From Felis catus (lineage: Eukaryota): a stretch of 64,000 nt of DNA. The notes below the pieces were generated by a model. It did not search any database. It was given only the letters and a program-made list of their open reading frames with translations, and was not told where the DNA came from. The translations under genes and the position numbers were made by a program. Below, piece after piece: positions 1 to 11,065 of this stretch; position 1 is the stretch's first letter, and each line of letters opens with the position of its first letter. The stretch covers positions 80,044,001 through 80,108,000 of the forward strand of contig NC_058368.1 in NCBI RefSeq assembly GCF_018350175.1, read 5' to 3'.

Positions 1-469
1 CCTTCAAATGGCACCACAGGGCTAGAACTGGGATTGTCAGTGGCAACAACAACCAATAAGAAAAAAACGAGAATTGTGAGTCATTTTCAATACAACGGTT
101 CAGCTTCTACTTGAGGGCAAACTAACGCCCAGAAGAGCAGGTGGATAGCCCACATCCTCAAGCAGCTGGCCCTGTAAGAAAAAGGAATGGACAAGACCCA
201 TGGCCTCTGGAACAGCGGCCGCACATCACCTGCTAGAAAGGCAGCTCTCAGGTGCACAACGCACCCCCGAATCAGGGACTCTAGGAGGGGGCCTGGCACC
301 TGTGCTTCACCAAGCCCCGGGAGAATCTGCTGTGAGCACAAGTTCCAGAACTACTGGACTAGGTGACCTTCGGGGTGCCTTGATGACAGAATTACTTCAC
401 TACTTATTCCTCAGTGCTGATTTTTCATTTAACAAAGAGAATGGTGCCCAGCACTGTATAAACGCCCGG

Positions 470-645
470 TAAACATTAACTCATTTAATCTGCATACATG
501 TCTTCTTAGCCAGGCACCAACCACCGCCATCGCCACGGTCCAGGTGAGGAAATGTGGGCGGAGAGAGGGAGGGAAGTTGCACAGGGTCCCACAGCTTGGG
601 GACAGGTGCAGCAGGAGGGGAACCAGCACTCTTGAATTTAACCGC
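470..645 (-). mobile_element. MIR SINE fragment (degenerate)
   Basis: CTCATTTAATC...CAGGTGAGGAAA...GGTCCCACAGCT resembles the reverse-complement MIR core. Confidence 0.55.
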
Positions 646-2819
646 AGTGTCCATTGCCCCATGCGGGGCTCCTCTCCGGATGCCTCTGAGACATCGCAAT
701 GGTCTTTCCAAGAAGCGGTGTGTGCACAGCCCAAGCCAAGCGTCCCAGAGAATGACACATTGCTTCTGCCTGGCTCACTGAGTCCCTGGAATTGAGCTGA
801 CCCCTTCATAGACCATTACTTCTACTTAAGACATAAAGTCAGATCAAGTATTTTCCAAATGGACATGACAGAAAATGGGCCATGTGATAGGTCCCATGAC
901 CTTTCTCTTCCTCATAAAACCTTGCATGTTAGAGGTATAAAAAGACAGCGATGTTACCTTCACTCAAGCCTTTCTCCAGGAATGGTCTGGACTTGGTAAG
1001 TAAGTTTCACACGACTCGGTAATAACTCTGTGACATTCAAGTGTTACTGTATTCTTTTTAAAAAAAAAAATTCTAAAACGTGACTTGAAAAATTAACGCT
1101 ACTTAGGAAAAGGAGTTGCCTGCATTTTAAAATGACATTTTAGGGCTGACACTCTTGGATGATGTAGGAATAAATACTCCTGTGCCGACTGGTTGCTTGA
1201 AAGGATCCTTGTGGGGTTTTAGAATAAACTGTGGTTGTTTCTTTGTATTATAAAATAATATGCTTACTCTATAAAAAATACTGTTGGAGACGTAGCCCCC
1301 AATCTTCCACTGATAGATACATTATACACTTACATATGTATGTATAAGTATCCATTAACACTTCCTTATCAGAAACAAAGGAATAGACCAGTATAGTTAT
1401 CCTCGGTTTATCTGTAACATCCTGAGGCCTGCCAAATGCCCCACGTGCTAGCTGACATATGTCAGGGAAGATTCACCTGTCCCAAGTGAAGGCACTCCCG
1501 TGGCCTGCCACCCACCTCTCTGAACCTCTTCCCATCACCAAGTGCGAGCAGCTGCCGTGAAAACTTGTGCCAACAGCTCCGGAGGCATTCCGAGTTACAA
1601 CTAGAAAGCCCTGGGTTCTGTTCTCCATGGAGGAATATGTTGATTTTCTAAAGCAAACACTCAATAAAACTTTTAACAACTTTAACGAAAACGTCAGACA
1701 CAGGCATACTAGGTCTCCAAAATATTCCGCTGGGTTTGCACGACATTTACTTTAAGTGGCTAGACTCTCTCTGAGAGAGGGTACAAACAGCTCCTCCGAC
1801 TGTCAGTACATGTGGAAAGCAATGGACTCCCATTACGGCTTCACCCAAACCAAGCCACAACCTGCTGTTATCGGACCCAGAAAGAAATGCCCACAGGCCA
1901 CTGAGCTATGTATTCAGTAATGAACAAAGTCATTCCCAAACTCTGAACAAAGTACTGATTCTAAGAGCAGTAGAAGATGAGGGGGTTCAAGAATTGTCCT
2001 TCATCAGCAGGAGGTGAAACCAACACCACATGGCACATGGACTATTCCTTTAATGTCCCATTGGGTGCTTTCGTTTGTCTTGTGCTTCACCACAAATCCA
2101 GCAAGACTCACAACTCAGGTGACATGAAACGTTCTTATAGTGAGCAGATGAAAAATCAAAGATGGCAAAGCGAGGAATGTCACTAAACCACGGAATGAAC
2201 TATTTACGTCAAGAGTTCAGCACTGTGTATATTTCCAAGTCGTGTTTAGTCTATGGTGCAGTAACTACTCCAAATTCCAAATGAAGAGGAAACACCTTTG
2301 TTTGGCACTAATTTTATTCCTGTTCCCCGACACCACCACAGAGATGAAACACCACTCCCATGTGCCAGCCTGGGGTCCCAGGAGGGTGGAGAGTTGAATG
2401 CGACACACAAACACTAGCACCGATGACAAGAGCTCAGTGATTTCCCTCCATGGGTCAGGCGCTCCTCGCGTAGTGGGGGCGTTTTCAAAAGAAGCCGTGT
2501 CCTCCAGTGTCTCGGAATTGTCAGGGGCATCAGACTAACACACATAAGACGATGAGATCCCAGCCACGCGGCAGTGATAACACCCCACATTTCTTGAGTT
2601 CTGACCTGCTTTGAGGGCACAACTGCACTGGGCAATGTGAAGGTTCCCACGGACATCATATTACTAGAGTAGGGACCTGAGGCTCAAAGTGATTACATCA
2701 TCCCATGGAACACAGAGACTGGTCCTTTGTGACAATTACCCAACCTCTAGGTTGGGGAGTCATGAAGAAGAAGGCCACATAAATTCCACGGATCCGGGCT
2801 GAGGAGGGCACACAAACCC

Positions 2820-3727
2820 AATCCAAATTAAAGTGGCAATGAGACACCACGAGACACACTTACTATGGAGAATGGCCAAAACCCAACACCGACAACGCTG
2901 AGTGCTGAGGAGGGTGTGGTGGAGACACAGAAACTCTTGTTCATAATGATAACGGTGGGGACACACAGCCACCTTGGAACACAGCATGGTGGGCACCCAT
3001 AGCTGAGCATGCTTCCACCATACTACCCAGCAATCACATGCCCAGGTGTTTACCCAAAGGAGGCGAGAACTTATGTCCACACAAAAACCTGCACTTGGAT
3101 GTTCACAGCAGCTTTATTCATAATCGCCAAAACCTGGAAGCAACCAAGATACCCCTCGGTAGGTGATGGATGAATAAACAGCAGTACGTCCAGAAGGTGG
3201 ACTCTTACTCAGTGCTAAAAACACAGTAGCTATGAAGTCATGAAAAGACACGGAGGAACCTGAAAGGCGTATCCCCGAGAGAAAGAAGCCAGTGTGAAAA
3301 GGCTACGTTCTATATGACATTCTGGAAAAGGTAGAACTATAGAGACAATAAAAGGATCAGTGGTTGCCAGGAGGGTGGGGGAAGGGAAGGATGAGCAGAG
3401 TTGCCCAGGGGATCTTGAGGGCAGTGAAAATGCTTGGTGTGATATTCAGTGATGGCGACATGTCACTGCACATCTGTCCAAACCCACAGAACGCACAACA
3501 CCAAGGGTGGACCCTCATGTAAACCAGACACTCTGGGTCTGGGTGATGATGATGCATCACCATAGGCTCATCCATTGGGACAAACGGAGCGCTCTGGCGA
3601 GCGATGTTGATAATAGGGGAGGCTGTGCTCAAGTGGGGGGTGAGGGGGTGTGGGGGGCATTGTCTGCACCTTCCTGTCAGCCTAAAGCTGCTCTATAAAA
3701 AATAAAGTCTTTATTAAAAAAAAAAAC
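2820..3727 (+). mobile_element. Ancient LINE-1 3' fragment (L1MC1-like; end of ORF2, 3' UTR and poly-A)
   Basis: Recognisable L1 motifs (CAGCAATC, TTTATTCATAATCGCCAAAACCTGGAAGCAACC, CACAACACCAAG..CCCTCATGTAAAC, CCTAAAGCTGCTCT..AAATAAAGTCT) ending in an A-tail. Confidence 0.85.
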
Positions 3728-6700
3728 ACAAACCACCCAGCTGAAAAGAAGGGAAGGTTTGGTTAGACAGCACGTAGCCACTGTCAGGGGAATCACGTGG
3801 TCCTAAGCGGGATCTCTGAATACCGTTAGCCTCATGACAACATGACAAATGGACAGAACCTGTGGCCGCAACGAGGCGCGGGAGCCGGAGGGCTTTGTGG
3901 CCACCCGGCCCAAGGTGCACAGACCGGAAGGGGGCCATGGCCGTGGGAAAAGAAAGCAGGCAGGGACAGTGAAGCCCCTAGAACTAAGACAATGCAGCCT
4001 TGGGGACTGAGTGACGCGGAGGTGGGAAAGCAGAGAGGGCGAGGCCTCGGGGTGAAGCCACTGTGTCCAAGCTGAGCGTCAGGAGCCGCGGGGACATCAA
4101 CGACCAAAAGACCACAGTCGGGATGGGCAGGCAGTCCGGGGTGGGTAAAAAGCAGCAAGTTGGGTTCTGAACACTCTCACTGAGTCTGAGACCAGAGCCA
4201 AGGTGACCTGTCCCACAGGAACATGAAGACCCAAGACTGGAAATCAAGAGAAAAGTCTGGAGCCCCCTTCAGGGAATGATGAGGAATCCTTCCAGGAGAT
4301 CTCCCCAGCGAGAGAGGAGATAGCACGGGGAGGACAGAGGAGCCAGCTGAGCAGACCCCATGGCACAGCCACGCTGAAGGCCTGGGGACAGGCAGAAGGG
4401 AGGTGCAGAAGAAAACTAGAAGAGACCCATGTCACTGGACTGGGACCAGGAGAACAATGGAGGGAAACAAAGGCTGGAAGCAGCTCACCGGCTGCCGGAC
4501 GAGAAAAATATTAACCCCAGTCATTCTTACGGGGTTCAACTCCTCAAAAGAAATTAACCATTGAAACGTGTTCTGGTTTATATCCTCTTTCATTGTACAC
4601 GTCAGAATGGTAGGAATATTCTTTTGTATTGTTTTACAGTTGACATTTTTTAGTGGTTGTTTAATAATAGCAGGAAGAACAATCCCCTAATGATATTATT
4701 TTAGGCATTCTATTGTTGCTTTTGCTCACTCCACCTCAAGAATTCAAAATACCAAATGTGCTGGAGAGGCATTTTAATGAGGTTAATCCTTTTTAAATTT
4801 CTGGAACAAATGTTATAACAAACATTGTATATACTTCTGCAAAACAAGTGTTGTAACTTATTCCAGTCTTGATGCCCTCCGGATTTCTAAAAGGGTTTGT
4901 CTTAGAGCCTTGCTGGTGGGTTCGACTGGTCTGCAAAACCTTTACCAGCTCTTAACCAATAACTGTACTGGTAAAGTTATGACCATCCCTACCAGTCCCA
5001 AGACATTTGCCAACAGTCTTGTTAATGAATAATGCAGGGTTTTGTGAATTCCCTCATGTCCTTGCCCAAGTGAGGGTAGGTTTTCTGGGTCAGTTCCTAA
5101 AGGCACTCCAGTCTAGAATCAGCCATCCATGCGGCAACTTTCCAAACATCCTGATGGGCCTGCAGCCTCAGGAGAGGGGACACCACCAATCTCAGGGCCA
5201 CTGGTGGGAGCTGGGCACTTCTCACCTCTGTTCTCCGAGACCTCGTCCCTCAGTGTCTCTACCCTTCCGGGAGGAAAGTTCAGCTACCACGTTAATAACA
5301 GAGGCAATGACATGTTGGTATCTCACAGGAGGGAGCCTTAGGCTCATTTTTAAATGCAAACCCCTGGAGGAATATGAAAGAACAGGTGGGTAGATTTATC
5401 CCCCCTTCTTAGTATAATGTACCGTAACAACTCATGAAAATAATACACTGAGCTTATAATTCTATTTTCCCCTCTGATTTGGAGGTGGGATGTCCTCAGG
5501 GAAGTTTCCCTGAGTTCCCTAGAGCTGGTTAGAGGCTCTCCCGGCCCTCCATTTACCTTGACCGCAGCACTGACCAGCCTCTTGCCAAACCGTGAGCTTC
5601 CAGAGGCGGGGTGGGTCCCCCTCACTGTGGTCCGGCCATCACCAGGCAGAGCGCAGGGCATGAAGAAGGGCCCAGGGCACATGTGTGGAACAAAGGAAGG
5701 GAGGGAGGGGTCCCTGGGAGAAGGGGCAAGTCTGCCAGGGCCGGAGGCGGAGGGTGAATGAGTCCTCCAAATTCATTTGCTTAATCAAAGCAGATAAAAT
5801 TGAAGATTGTCTCGTCCCTAAACCACACTGGCTCTTTGTGTATGTGATTAATCGACACCACTAATACATCTGTGAGGGTCCACCCTTACACACTCACAAG
5901 GCACACACACTCTTCCTGCCGGTTGTTACCTAGTTGTCGCATACACCTTCCTTCTGATCAAGTCTATACGTTAAGAACATGATGGTTTGGATCATGTCTT
6001 CACCAATGGCACTCCTGAAATATTGGGCTGCTGGTGGTGTCTCTGTCATTGGGTCTAAATTGGAAATCAGCCTTCTCGTTTAAATTACATTTGCAGCAGA
6101 ACACAGTCCATACTCACACGGGAACTAACTCTCACTTCATTGCAGTTCCGGGTCACTGAGTCCCAGGAGAGTGAGTGAGGGCCTGACGGTGCCAACACCA
6201 CTGGGCGGGCATCACCACACACATAGGAAAGTGCACATTTCTGATCCTGAGAAATAATCTCTGTTAAGGGGTGTCCCTGGGACCAGTGAGGGAGGAGTCT
6301 GAAGGCCGCGTGTGGTGGGGACACCTCCCTTCCGTCTGACTGCTTAACTGAGAACAGAGGGCACTCACGGCCATAACATGAAGGGCGCAGCTTTGTCTCA
6401 GGCTTGCACCCTATTCCTCCTTTCCTGTCTCAGAAAGAAAAGCTGTGCAGGAGAGTCGGGGCAGATTCAGCTTGGGGAAAAGTCACTGGCCGATAGAACC
6501 CATCTACTAGTAAATGAACAATAGGGCCACGGCAGATATGGTCAAATATAAAATCAAATAGCCTTTCATATGGGGAGTGGGGAGTGCACTTCTCGCCCAG
6601 CACAGGAGGTGATGTTGGGACAGGTACAAATGCAGGTAAAAGTGTGACTCAGACACTCTTTCAAAGGCACAGGTGACCCAAGAATCATTCGTGTTGGCTT

Positions 6701-7258
6701 CTGAGTTCGGATTTGATTGACTTACAGCACTTTGCATTCAAATGTACTTTTCAATGTATTTTGATTGGATGAATACTGAAGTCATTTCAACTTTTCGGTA
6801 ACTCTGCAAAGAAGTGAGCAAAAAATGTTCTTGATGGCATGAAGAGTGAAACAATTTTAAAATTAGACAAATTACTACTTTTGGATTTTTGTGTACACCC
6901 ATAACTCATATCCATGTATCTCTGATTAAGCAAGGAAAAATGAAGTACAATGATAATGCCTGGTAAGTCAATGGTGATTGACCAGAGAGTGTCCATTCAC
7001 ACGCCAGATATCCTAAGATACTACGTGATACCTTGTGGCTTAGAGTCAAGCCAGTGGAAAGGAATGTGCTTGGGCCTAAGAGAATAATTAAAGGGAAGTG
7101 AAAGCATCCCAAACTCAAGAGCAATAAGTTTGGTTTCCCAGGCAGGAACAGGGGTCCCTGTAAGTGAGTGGCTCATCCTTTAAAGTCCTGGCTGTTTGAA
7201 AAGCTAGCTTTGACAATTAGCTTTGCTTTGCTAAGATTTTCAATTAGACACTCTAAGT

Positions 7259-7286
7259 CGTAGTTCCAAATTCGTAGTTCCAAATT
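7259..7286. repeat. Perfect 14-bp tandem duplication (CGTAGTTCCAAATT x2)
   Basis: Seen directly. Confidence 0.9.
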
Positions 7287-8660
7287 AGAGAACTTTCTCT
7301 CATTTGTTTGCCACCGAGTTTAGCAATCTCTCCTTGGAAGTCATAAATCTTTTGGTCAATATTTCTGCACCCAAATAACGTGTTCTAGAGACTCCTCTTT
7401 TGAAAGTATTTTGTCACCATTACTGAAGAGCGTTTAAACCGAGCATGGAGCTTGGCCCGACTCGGGGCTGGGAGAAATCGTCTGCAGTTAATTGCTGCTG
7501 TGATCACCAGCCTTTTCAACACCGATGAAGGAGCAGCCAGTAAAGGGTCAGGTCTGGAATGATGAGGCATGTGTGCGAACTACCGGCTTCTCCTGGCACC
7601 TAACAGTTAATACATTTTACACCCAGTGAAGAGTGAAGCGGGGCTGGTGGCAATCAATCCTCCGGAAGAGAAGTAAACACAAACAAACGAACAAAACCTA
7701 AGAGCAAGATTAGGATCTGAAACAGTGAGCCAGTAAGTGGGAAAAGTGGCAAGTAGCAAAATAATTTTAAATGGGGGGGGGGCGGTGCAAACTGGGCCAA
7801 GAAGCCACACTCTCCCGGGGTTTTGTCTACAAGGCTCCCCCACTGGGTGACGGCGGACGTCTTTATTCTGTCTGAGGGGAAGGGAAAAAAAGGAAAGAGC
7901 AGTACATCAAGGACCCACCGGGGCTGGGAGCCTTTACTCCAGCAAGCCGAGCTCCCAGATCCTTTCCGGGCAAACACACAGCGGAGGAAATGAAAACGAG
8001 GAAAACAATTTGTGCTTAGAACACTAAGATGTAGTTTCGCTTTGCTTTCACTCCCAGATATAACATGGTTGTAGCTGTTCAACGTATACAAGTAACAGGC
8101 AAGGGGTCCTAACTTTTCAAGCCGCGCCGCACAGGAGCCCCACTGGTGCTCCGGCCGGTCCTCCCGCAACAGCACAGTCGTGGGAAAGCAAAGATACAGC
8201 TGTTTCCAGGCAAACGGCCCAGAACTGTTCAGCATCAACCAGCAGAGTCGCCCAAGAACGGGAGAAACACGCCCAAAGCGACTCCCGGGCGCAAGTGTGG
8301 GGCTGTGAGCGGCGTGGGCGCGCGTGCCCTGCCCACTGGGCCGCGGCCCACCCGGGGGCGCCCGGGGCAGGTGAGGGCGCCGGGCCGCCGAGGCCTCCCG
8401 CGCTGCGAGTTCAAATCCCGCGGAGTCCCGGGCACGGGGCGCACCCCGCTCGGCTGCGCTCGCCCGGGGCGCCGGGGACTCGTCCACCTCGCCCCCACCC
8501 AGCCCACAACAAAGGAGGTTCCCTAACGGATGCGCCAGCGCAGCCCACCGGGAGTCACCGGCGGGGACCAGCTCGGAGAGGGCACCCGGCCGTGCCCCCG
8601 CGCGACCTCCCCCCCCCACCCCCGGAGGGGCGGGCGGCTCGGTCCGGGGACAAAGGGGCC

Positions 8661-8709
8661 GCGCGGGGCGCGACGCCGGGGCGCGGGGCGCGACGCCGGG
8701 GCGCGGGGC
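8661..8709. repeat. GC-rich 20-bp tandem repeat (GCGCGGGGCGCGACGCCGGG x ~2.5) next to the COL4A1 exon 1 donor
   Basis: Seen directly: units at 8661, 8681 and a partial unit at 8701. Confidence 0.9.
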
Positions 8710-8724
8710 CGGCCGGGGACTCAC

Positions 8725-8808
8725 CTTCGCAGCGGCCCGGCTGCGCTCCTCGTGGAGCAGGAGGGCGGCGGGCAGCAGCAGCAGCCAGACGCCGAGCCGG
8801 GGCCCCAT
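8725..8808 (-). CDS. COL4A1: Collagen type IV alpha-1 chain, coding part of exon 1 (signal peptide MGPRLGVWLLLLPAALLLHEERSRAAAK)
   Basis: Minus-strand ATG at 8808 in a perfect Kozak context (GCCACCATGG). 28 codons match the known COL4A1 N-terminus. Canonical donor AAG|GTGAGT at 8725/8724. Exon 2 is not in the window. Confidence 0.97.
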
Positions 8809-8954
8809 GGTGGCGCGCCCGGGGCGGCGGGTGGCGGCGGGGGCCGGCGCTCGGGGGCCGCGGCGGGCGGCGGGCGGCGGGCGGCGGGCTCGCGGAGGGC
8901 CGGGGCGCGGGCGCTGCGCACCGTCCGGGGCGCGGCGGCTCGCGGCGCAGACCT
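8809..8954 (-). other. COL4A1: COL4A1 5' UTR (exon 1; TSS approximate)
   Basis: GC-rich leader with no upstream ATG. It begins AGGTCTGCG.., like the human leader as I recall it; the TSS is inferred. Confidence 0.7.
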
Positions 8955-9079
8955 GAGCGCGGCCCGGCGAGCTCCTCAATTTGTTGGCGCTGCCCCCTCC
9001 CCTCGGCGGCGCGCGGGCGGCGTCTCAAAGGGGAGGACCCTGCGGCGCGGGTAAGAGGCGGCGGGAGCGCGCGGCCCGG
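8955..9079. promoter_or_regulatory. COL4A1/COL4A2 shared bidirectional TATA-less promoter (CTC box 8993-9003, Sp1 GC box GGGCGG 9015-9020, degenerate CCAAT-box position 8975-8980)
   Basis: About 125 bp between two divergent first exons. CCCCCTCCCCT and GGGCGG are seen directly. The arrangement is the established one for this gene pair. Confidence 0.9.
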
Positions 9080-9292
9080 GGATTGTGGCCGCCGCGCGCC
9101 GGGACGCCAGGGCTCTGCGCTCCGCACCCTCCGGCGGCCGCCCCGCGACCCTACGCCCCCCGCCCCCGCTCTCGCCCACCGGGCGGAGGACCGAGGACCC
9201 GGGCGGGCACCGGGGACCCGCCAGGGCCACCGCGCCGCCTGCGCTCCCGCCCCAGCGGATGCGCGCGGACGGCCGCCGGCGCCGGGAGCGAG
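9080..9292 (+). other. COL4A2: COL4A2 non-coding exon 1 (5' UTR; start approximate)
   Basis: Ends at donor GAG|GTGAGG (GT at 9293). The start GGATTGTGGCCGCCGCGCGCCGGGACGCCAGGGCT resembles the human leader as recalled. Confidence 0.8.
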
Positions 9293-9641
9293 GTGAGGGC
9301 GGCCCCGGGGACAACGAGCCCCGCGCCGGGGGCTGGGACTCGGGGCGCCCGCAGCAGACGGGAGCCGTGCGCGCTTCTGCTGGGGAGGGGGGGTGGGCGC
9401 CGGGCTGCCTCAGCGAAGTAGCGCCGAGCGGGGCCTAAGTGGAGGACTCCCACTTCTTGCGTCTGGTCTCGGGACCGCTCTCTGTCACCCCTACAGGGGC
9501 GCGGGGGCGCGCCCAGCTTTCCCGCGGCCGGGGGCCGGGGACCCGGGATGCTCCCTCCCCAGCCCCTGCTGAGGCCGCTTTGTCTCTCGCTCTCCAGGCT
9601 AGGAGGGACCGAGCGGCGCCCGGGGAGGCCGGATCGGAAGC

Positions 9642-9685
9642 ATGGACCGTCACCAGTGCTCGGTGTCCAGCCCTGCCCTGCGGCG
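9642..9685 (+). CDS. COL4A2: Collagen type IV alpha-2 chain, coding part of exon 2 (MDRHQCSVSSPALRR); the whole exon spans 9598-9685
   Basis: Acceptor tctccag|G at 9598. ATG at 9642 in a strong context (AAGCATGG). Donor CG|GTAAGC at 9686. 44 coding nt that join in frame to exon 3. Confidence 0.93.
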
Positions 9686-9807
9686 GTAAGCCACCTTCGG
9701 CCGCGTCCCCGTGGGTCCTGCGCGCGGGGGGCCTTGCGGGTGACCCGGGAATTGCCCAGCCGAGCCGGCGCGCTCATGGCGCTCCCTCTCCCTCCCTCTC
9801 CCTCCAG

Positions 9808-9862
9808 GTGGCTGCTGCTGGGGGCTGTGACAGTGGGGGTCCTGGCCCAGAGCGTCCTGGCG
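9808..9862 (+). CDS. COL4A2: COL4A2 exon 3 (WLLLGAVTVGVLAQSVLA, hydrophobic core of the signal peptide)
   Basis: Pyrimidine tract plus cag|G at 9808; donor GCG|GTAAGT at 9863. 55 nt; matches the known COL4A2 signal peptide. Confidence 0.96.
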
Positions 9863-9961
9863 GTAAGTCCTGGGTCCCGTTCACGGGCTCTGATTCGCGG
9901 GCAAGAGTGTGGCAGGGACACAGAGTGGCCTCAGCACAAGGCAGTTCATGCGTTCTCACCT

Positions 9962-9963
<2 letters not shown>

Positions 9964-9999
<36 letters not shown>

Positions 10000-10012
10000 A
10001 CGCGCGCGCGCG
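9964..10012. repeat. (GT)17-ACA-(CG)6 alternating purine-pyrimidine tract
   Basis: Seen directly. Confidence 0.95.
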
Positions 10013-10966
10013 GCCATGACCCAGCCCAGGTTCCCAGAGAGCTGGCCTTCCCGGGAGAACTCCTCAAGTTTGCCTTCCCTTGGGGTCCCCATTTCTGTGG
10101 TGTGCGTTACAGGCGGGGACCGCCCACGAAAGCCAGTAATTTAAAACGTAGCCTGCGGCATCCTCTCCTAAGCTTGAGCAAAACTCTGGCTTCTAGACAG
10201 AAGGCTGTCAGTCACGTGGCGTGGGAGGCACCGGGGTACCCAGGAGAAACGTGTTTGTGGCCTTGGGAAGCTGGTGTCTGGGTACCATCCTTGGGGGAGA
10301 GTCTTCTCCTGCCTTTAAATGAGAGGCTTTGGGGGAGTGGGCGGGGCGAGGGGCAAGCAGGACCAGAGTGTATCCGTTGTAACCCATGTGGGTGCACAGT
10401 GGCAGAAACCCTGCGTTTTCTCCCCAGTCGGAGTCTGGCCCTGGAACAGCAGGGCTGGGAGGCGCTCAGGTGCATTTAGAGCTGCCTTGCCGGCCCTGGC
10501 ACTGCACTTGTGATTGCAAATGGGATTTTGTAAGTTGGGTTTAAGTAGTTGGAGCCACTCTTCCCCAAACTTGACAGAACGTGGATCATTGGCAGTCTCT
10601 TCCGTTGTGGACGCAGATGTTCCAACTGGGACTAGAATCCCAGGGAACACACTGTATCCCCACCCCACCCTCGGCGCACTCTGATAGAATTCCTGACTTC
10701 CCAGGTGACTGTGGCAGGCTCCCTGTGTGGGCAGGGTGCACACACAGGACCCTGGGAAGCTGCCTTCATGGTTTGGTTGAAATTCTGTTATTTTCATCAT
10801 TCTGTCCTCACATCAAACAAACAAGGCTTTTAAAGGCAGTGAGCGAAAAAGTGCTACTCCAGCTTGGAAAGAAACTTTAGCTCTACTTTTCTGCTTTCTC
10901 CAGTTCAGGACCCGGCCTGGGAAGTCCATAGACTTTCACCAGAACATTCCAGGCCAAAGTTTTCTT

Positions 10967-11046
10967 TTTTTTTTTTTTTCCCCAATATATGAAGTTTATT
11001 GTCAAATTGGTTTCCATACAACACCCAGTGCTCATCCCAAAAGGTG
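10967..11046 (-). mobile_element. Severely 5'-truncated felid LINE-1 3' end (L1_Fc-like) with poly-A and TSDs
   Basis: T-run followed by AATATATGAAGTTTATTGTCAAATTGGTTTCCATACAACACCCAGTGCTCATCCCAAAAGGTG, the reverse complement of a carnivore L1 terminus. Flanked by TCCAGGCCAAAGTTTTCTT at 10948-10966 and 11047-11065. Confidence 0.85.
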
Positions 11047-11065
11047 TCCAGGCCAAAGTTTTCTT

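Larger units (their letters stand above)
8120..10015. promoter_or_regulatory. CpG island spanning both first exons and COL4A2 exons 2-3
   Basis: Very high GC and CpG density visible across the interval; boundaries estimated by eye. Confidence 0.9.

Noticed and set aside
1452..1465. 14-bp perfect palindrome CTGACATATGTCAG
   Set aside because: Several palindromes of this length are expected by chance in 64 kb.
1..8724. COL4A1 exon 2 within the window
   Set aside because: No reading frame resembling the expected Cys/Gly-rich GCGKCDC segment was found; intron 1 extends beyond the window.
7654..8979. 441-aa minus-strand ORF and the overlapping 150-330 aa ORFs across the CpG island
   Set aside because: Stop-poor, GC-rich sequence with Arg/Pro/Gly/Ala low complexity. 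Only the internal 28 codons (COL4A1 exon 1) are real, and they end at a canonical donor.
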